A DNA stretch of 64,000 nucleotides, taken from assembly GCA_964527995.1 (NCBI GenBank), contig CAZGRP010000005.1:65642-129641 (forward strand), written 5' to 3'. This DNA comes from an uncultured Cytophagia bacterium. GTDB taxonomy: Bacteria > Zhuqueibacterota > Zhuqueibacteria > Oceanimicrobiales > CAZGRP01. The first letter of the stretch is position 1. Each line of letters starts with the position of its first letter. The position numbers and the translations under genes are program-made. Below the pieces are notes generated by a model. That model worked only from the letters and a program-made list of their open reading frames with translations. It searched no databases and was not told the DNA's origin. This document shows, piece by piece, positions 61,908 to 64,000 of this stretch.

Positions 61908-62555
61908 ATGAAAAAGACGCTCTTCACTGCAACCCTGGCACTGATTGCCACCTCCATCGTCGTTTCGCTGTCTTTGGCCCAGTCGCCTAAGGACATCGTC
62001 AAGAAAGTACGCAAGAAGTACGACCAGCTCAACACCCTGCGCATCGACTTCGAGCAGGTGTACCACTGGGTCCTGGCCGACGAGACCAACACCATCCGCG
62101 GCACCATCTACCTGACCAAAGACAACAAGTATCGCGTCGAGCTGCCCAACCAACTCGTGGTCACCGATGGTAAGACCGTCTGGACCTACTCCAAGGATCT
62201 CAACCAGGTCATGCTGGATCGCCTCTCCAAGGACGCTGGCAACCCTGTGCCGAGCGAACTCATGCTGAGGTACAGTCGCGAGTTCGATGCCAAGCTGGTG
62301 GGGAAGGAGAAGGTCGGCAAGGCCGACACCTACGTCATCGACCTGGTGCCCAAACGCCCGGATGAGTTCGTGCGCAAGGTCCGCCTTTGGATCGACAGGT
62401 CCCGCTGGATCGTCCTGCGACTGCGGCAGGAAGATCTCAACGGGAATGTCACCGTGTACACGGTCACCCGGTTCGTAGAGAACCCCCCTCTCTCCAAAAA
62501 ACTGTTCACGTTCCAGGTGCCGGAAGGCACGCAAGTAGTTGATTTACGGCAATAA
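61908..62555 (+). CDS. lolA: Outer-membrane lipoprotein carrier protein LolA
   Basis: Signal peptide plus the LolA-like TIRGTIYLTKDNKYRVEL...TYVIDLVPK pattern. It is the conserved neighbour of ftsK. Confidence 0.8.
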   Translation: MKKTLFTATLALIATSIVVSLSLAQSPKDIVKKVRKKYDQLNTLRIDFEQVYHWVLADETNTIRGTIYLTKDNKYRVELPNQLVVTDGKTVWTYSKDLNQVMLDRLSKDAGNPVPSELMLRYSREFDAKLVGKEKVGKADTYVIDLVPKRPDEFVRKVRLWIDRSRWIVLRLRQEDLNGNVTVYTVTRFVENPPLSKKLFTFQVPEGTQVVDLRQ

Positions 62556-63136
62556 AGCACCGCTGTTTTCCGTTGGACAAAGGGTTACCTGGCTGCACTC
62601 TGCCCCCCGCAACCCACAATTCACATTCTCCCATCACCCATCTTCCATCAACCATCATCCATCTCCCCTCCCACCCCCGGTTTCTAAAAAAACAGGGTGT
62701 ACAAGAAAAAAACAGATTTTTGTTAACTTTCAGTAACGAGTCTTGACTCTTTCGCTTAAGTTTGTAGATTCTCTTCACCCAAGTGAACGAAACACTTTTC
62801 ACGCCATTCGAGAGGTGGGAACAGCAACCCGGGGGAGATCAAGCGGAAAGTCTTCTCTCTTCAGGTCTAAACCGTATTCACGCCTGCCCACACACTGATT
62901 CGAGGATCGGGTAGTGTACGGTGGGCCAAGCAACCATCGAATAATTCCATTGTGGCGCAAACGTTTTAGGACGAGGCGGTTTCGTCAGAGGTGAAAGATC
63001 CCGGAGGCCGATCGTAGCGTACCCTGTGCAGGGCGTGCGATTGGCTTTTTTTGTCCGTCGGACGGCCGGCTAACCAGGGTGCCAGAGATGATGTACCGGA
63101 AATCAGGAACTTTCTTACCTGAAGGAACCGCACCAC

Positions 63137-63490
63137 GTGCCCACCAAAGACAAACGAAACTATCCCCGGAACGTGCTGGAACAATCTGAGGTGGTCCAAA
63201 AGGGATGGCGCAAGCTGGGTTCCGCCCTACAGGTTCCAAACCTGACCTACGAAGAGTTCGTCAAGCTGCTCGCCGAGGCCAAGGAAAAGGCCGAGCACAC
63301 CGAGCGTCTCCGGCAGGAATGGCGCCGAGCCGTGCGCGAGCGCGACCAGGCATTGCAGGAGCTCTGGGATCTGACCAAGCGTGTGCGCAATGCGGCCAAG
63401 GCAACCTTCGGAGATCGGGCGCCGCAGGTGCATGAGCTCGGTGGACGCCGCCCCCGACGCAAACGAGCCGGCCGGGAAGACAACCGCTAA
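63137..63490 (+). CDS. Hypothetical basic coiled-coil protein
   Basis: The composition is plausible for a coding strand; no recognisable domain. Confidence 0.35.
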   Translation: MPTKDKRNYPRNVLEQSEVVQKGWRKLGSALQVPNLTYEEFVKLLAEAKEKAEHTERLRQEWRRAVRERDQALQELWDLTKRVRNAAKATFGDRAPQVHELGGRRPRRKRAGREDNR

Positions 63491-63538
63491 ATTCGCTATT
63501 CGGAATCGTGCCCGCAGTGCCCACTCCGGTCGCCGTCG

Positions 63539-63841
63539 GTGAGGCGCCGCCAGTGGCTTGCGAGGATGGAGCCGAATGAGTCATCGCTGAACGGTCCAGG
63601 CGAAACATCAAGGGAGGGTTCCGTGGAAGACGACCGCAAAGGCCAGTTGGCGCAAACCGCGGGAGGCAACGGTGCAGCAATCATTCTCTCGCGGCCGCTG
63701 AAAGTGCTCACGGCTGAGCAGATCCAAAAGATCGATGATGCTCTCTTCGAACTAGGGCCGTTCAGCGAGGTCAGAATCATCAAGGCCAAAGGCCGGGTGC
63801 GGTTCATCCAGCGGGTGGAAAGCTTTGACGCTTCGAGTTGA
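63539..63841 (+). CDS. Hypothetical protein
   Basis: 100-aa ORF; the start may be the internal Met at ~63566; no recognisable domain. Confidence 0.3.
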   Translation: MRRRQWLARMEPNESSLNGPGETSREGSVEDDRKGQLAQTAGGNGAAIILSRPLKVLTAEQIQKIDDALFELGPFSEVRIIKAKGRVRFIQRVESFDASS

Positions 63842-64000
63842 GTGATGGATTAAGGTAAGTCTGGATTCACCGCCGAGAACGCAGAGCTCGCAGAGACGAA
63901 GCCGTCAGCGAGAATGCAGGCATAGGATGGAACCGGGGTCCGAAACGATCAAACAACACCGAACGGCACCGAGTTGACCGACAAGGTGATCGTTTTCCGG

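Overview
High-GC (about 62-65%) bacterial chromosomal window, almost entirely coding on the + strand. Gene content points to an FCB-superphylum organism: an LpxC-FabZ fusion protein, a Por/T9SS C-terminal sorting domain, and the uppS-tamB-bamA-skp-lpxD-lpxC/fabZ-lpxA order. Layout: (1) 1-13.4 kb is the 3' end of a nonribosomal peptide synthetase (NRPS) gene cluster. It holds a terminal NRPS (the gene starts upstream of the window) with domains T-C-A-T-E-C-A-T-TE, followed by an MFS exporter, an MbtH-like protein, a type II thioesterase, an Sfp-type PPTase and a PAPS-type sulfotransferase. (2) 13.5-19.1 kb: a large T9SS-sorted beta-propeller/Fn3 secreted protein, a 700-bp noncoding gap, and three lipoproteins including a chymotrypsin-fold serine protease plus a stand-alone copy of its pro-domain. 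(3) 19.2-23.8 kb: a TauE/SafE permease, a fused ATP-sulfurylase/APS-kinase (makes PAPS) and an ArsB/NhaD-type permease. (4) nuoJKLMN. (5) Housekeeping genes: pepA, ffh, rpsP-KH-rimM-trmD-rplS, two aminotransferases, an SSS symporter (the only minus-strand gene), the outer-membrane/lipid A cluster, a lipoate ligase homologue, dxr, rseP, gcvT, ftsK, lolA. (6) A small toxin-antitoxin islet (MNT/HEPN pair plus a frameshifted VapC-like PIN gene with an upstream small ORF) sits between ftsK and lolA, flanked by a degenerate duplicate of the ftsK 3' end. Further observations: a recurring AAAATGC(A) heptamer motif, partly in tandem, directly downstream of several stop codons; and a consensus promoter plus intrinsic terminator bracketing an ~80-nt candidate small RNA just upstream of ffh. 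No rRNA, tRNA or CRISPR array was detected. All calls rest on reading the translations and sequence by eye; no database search was run.
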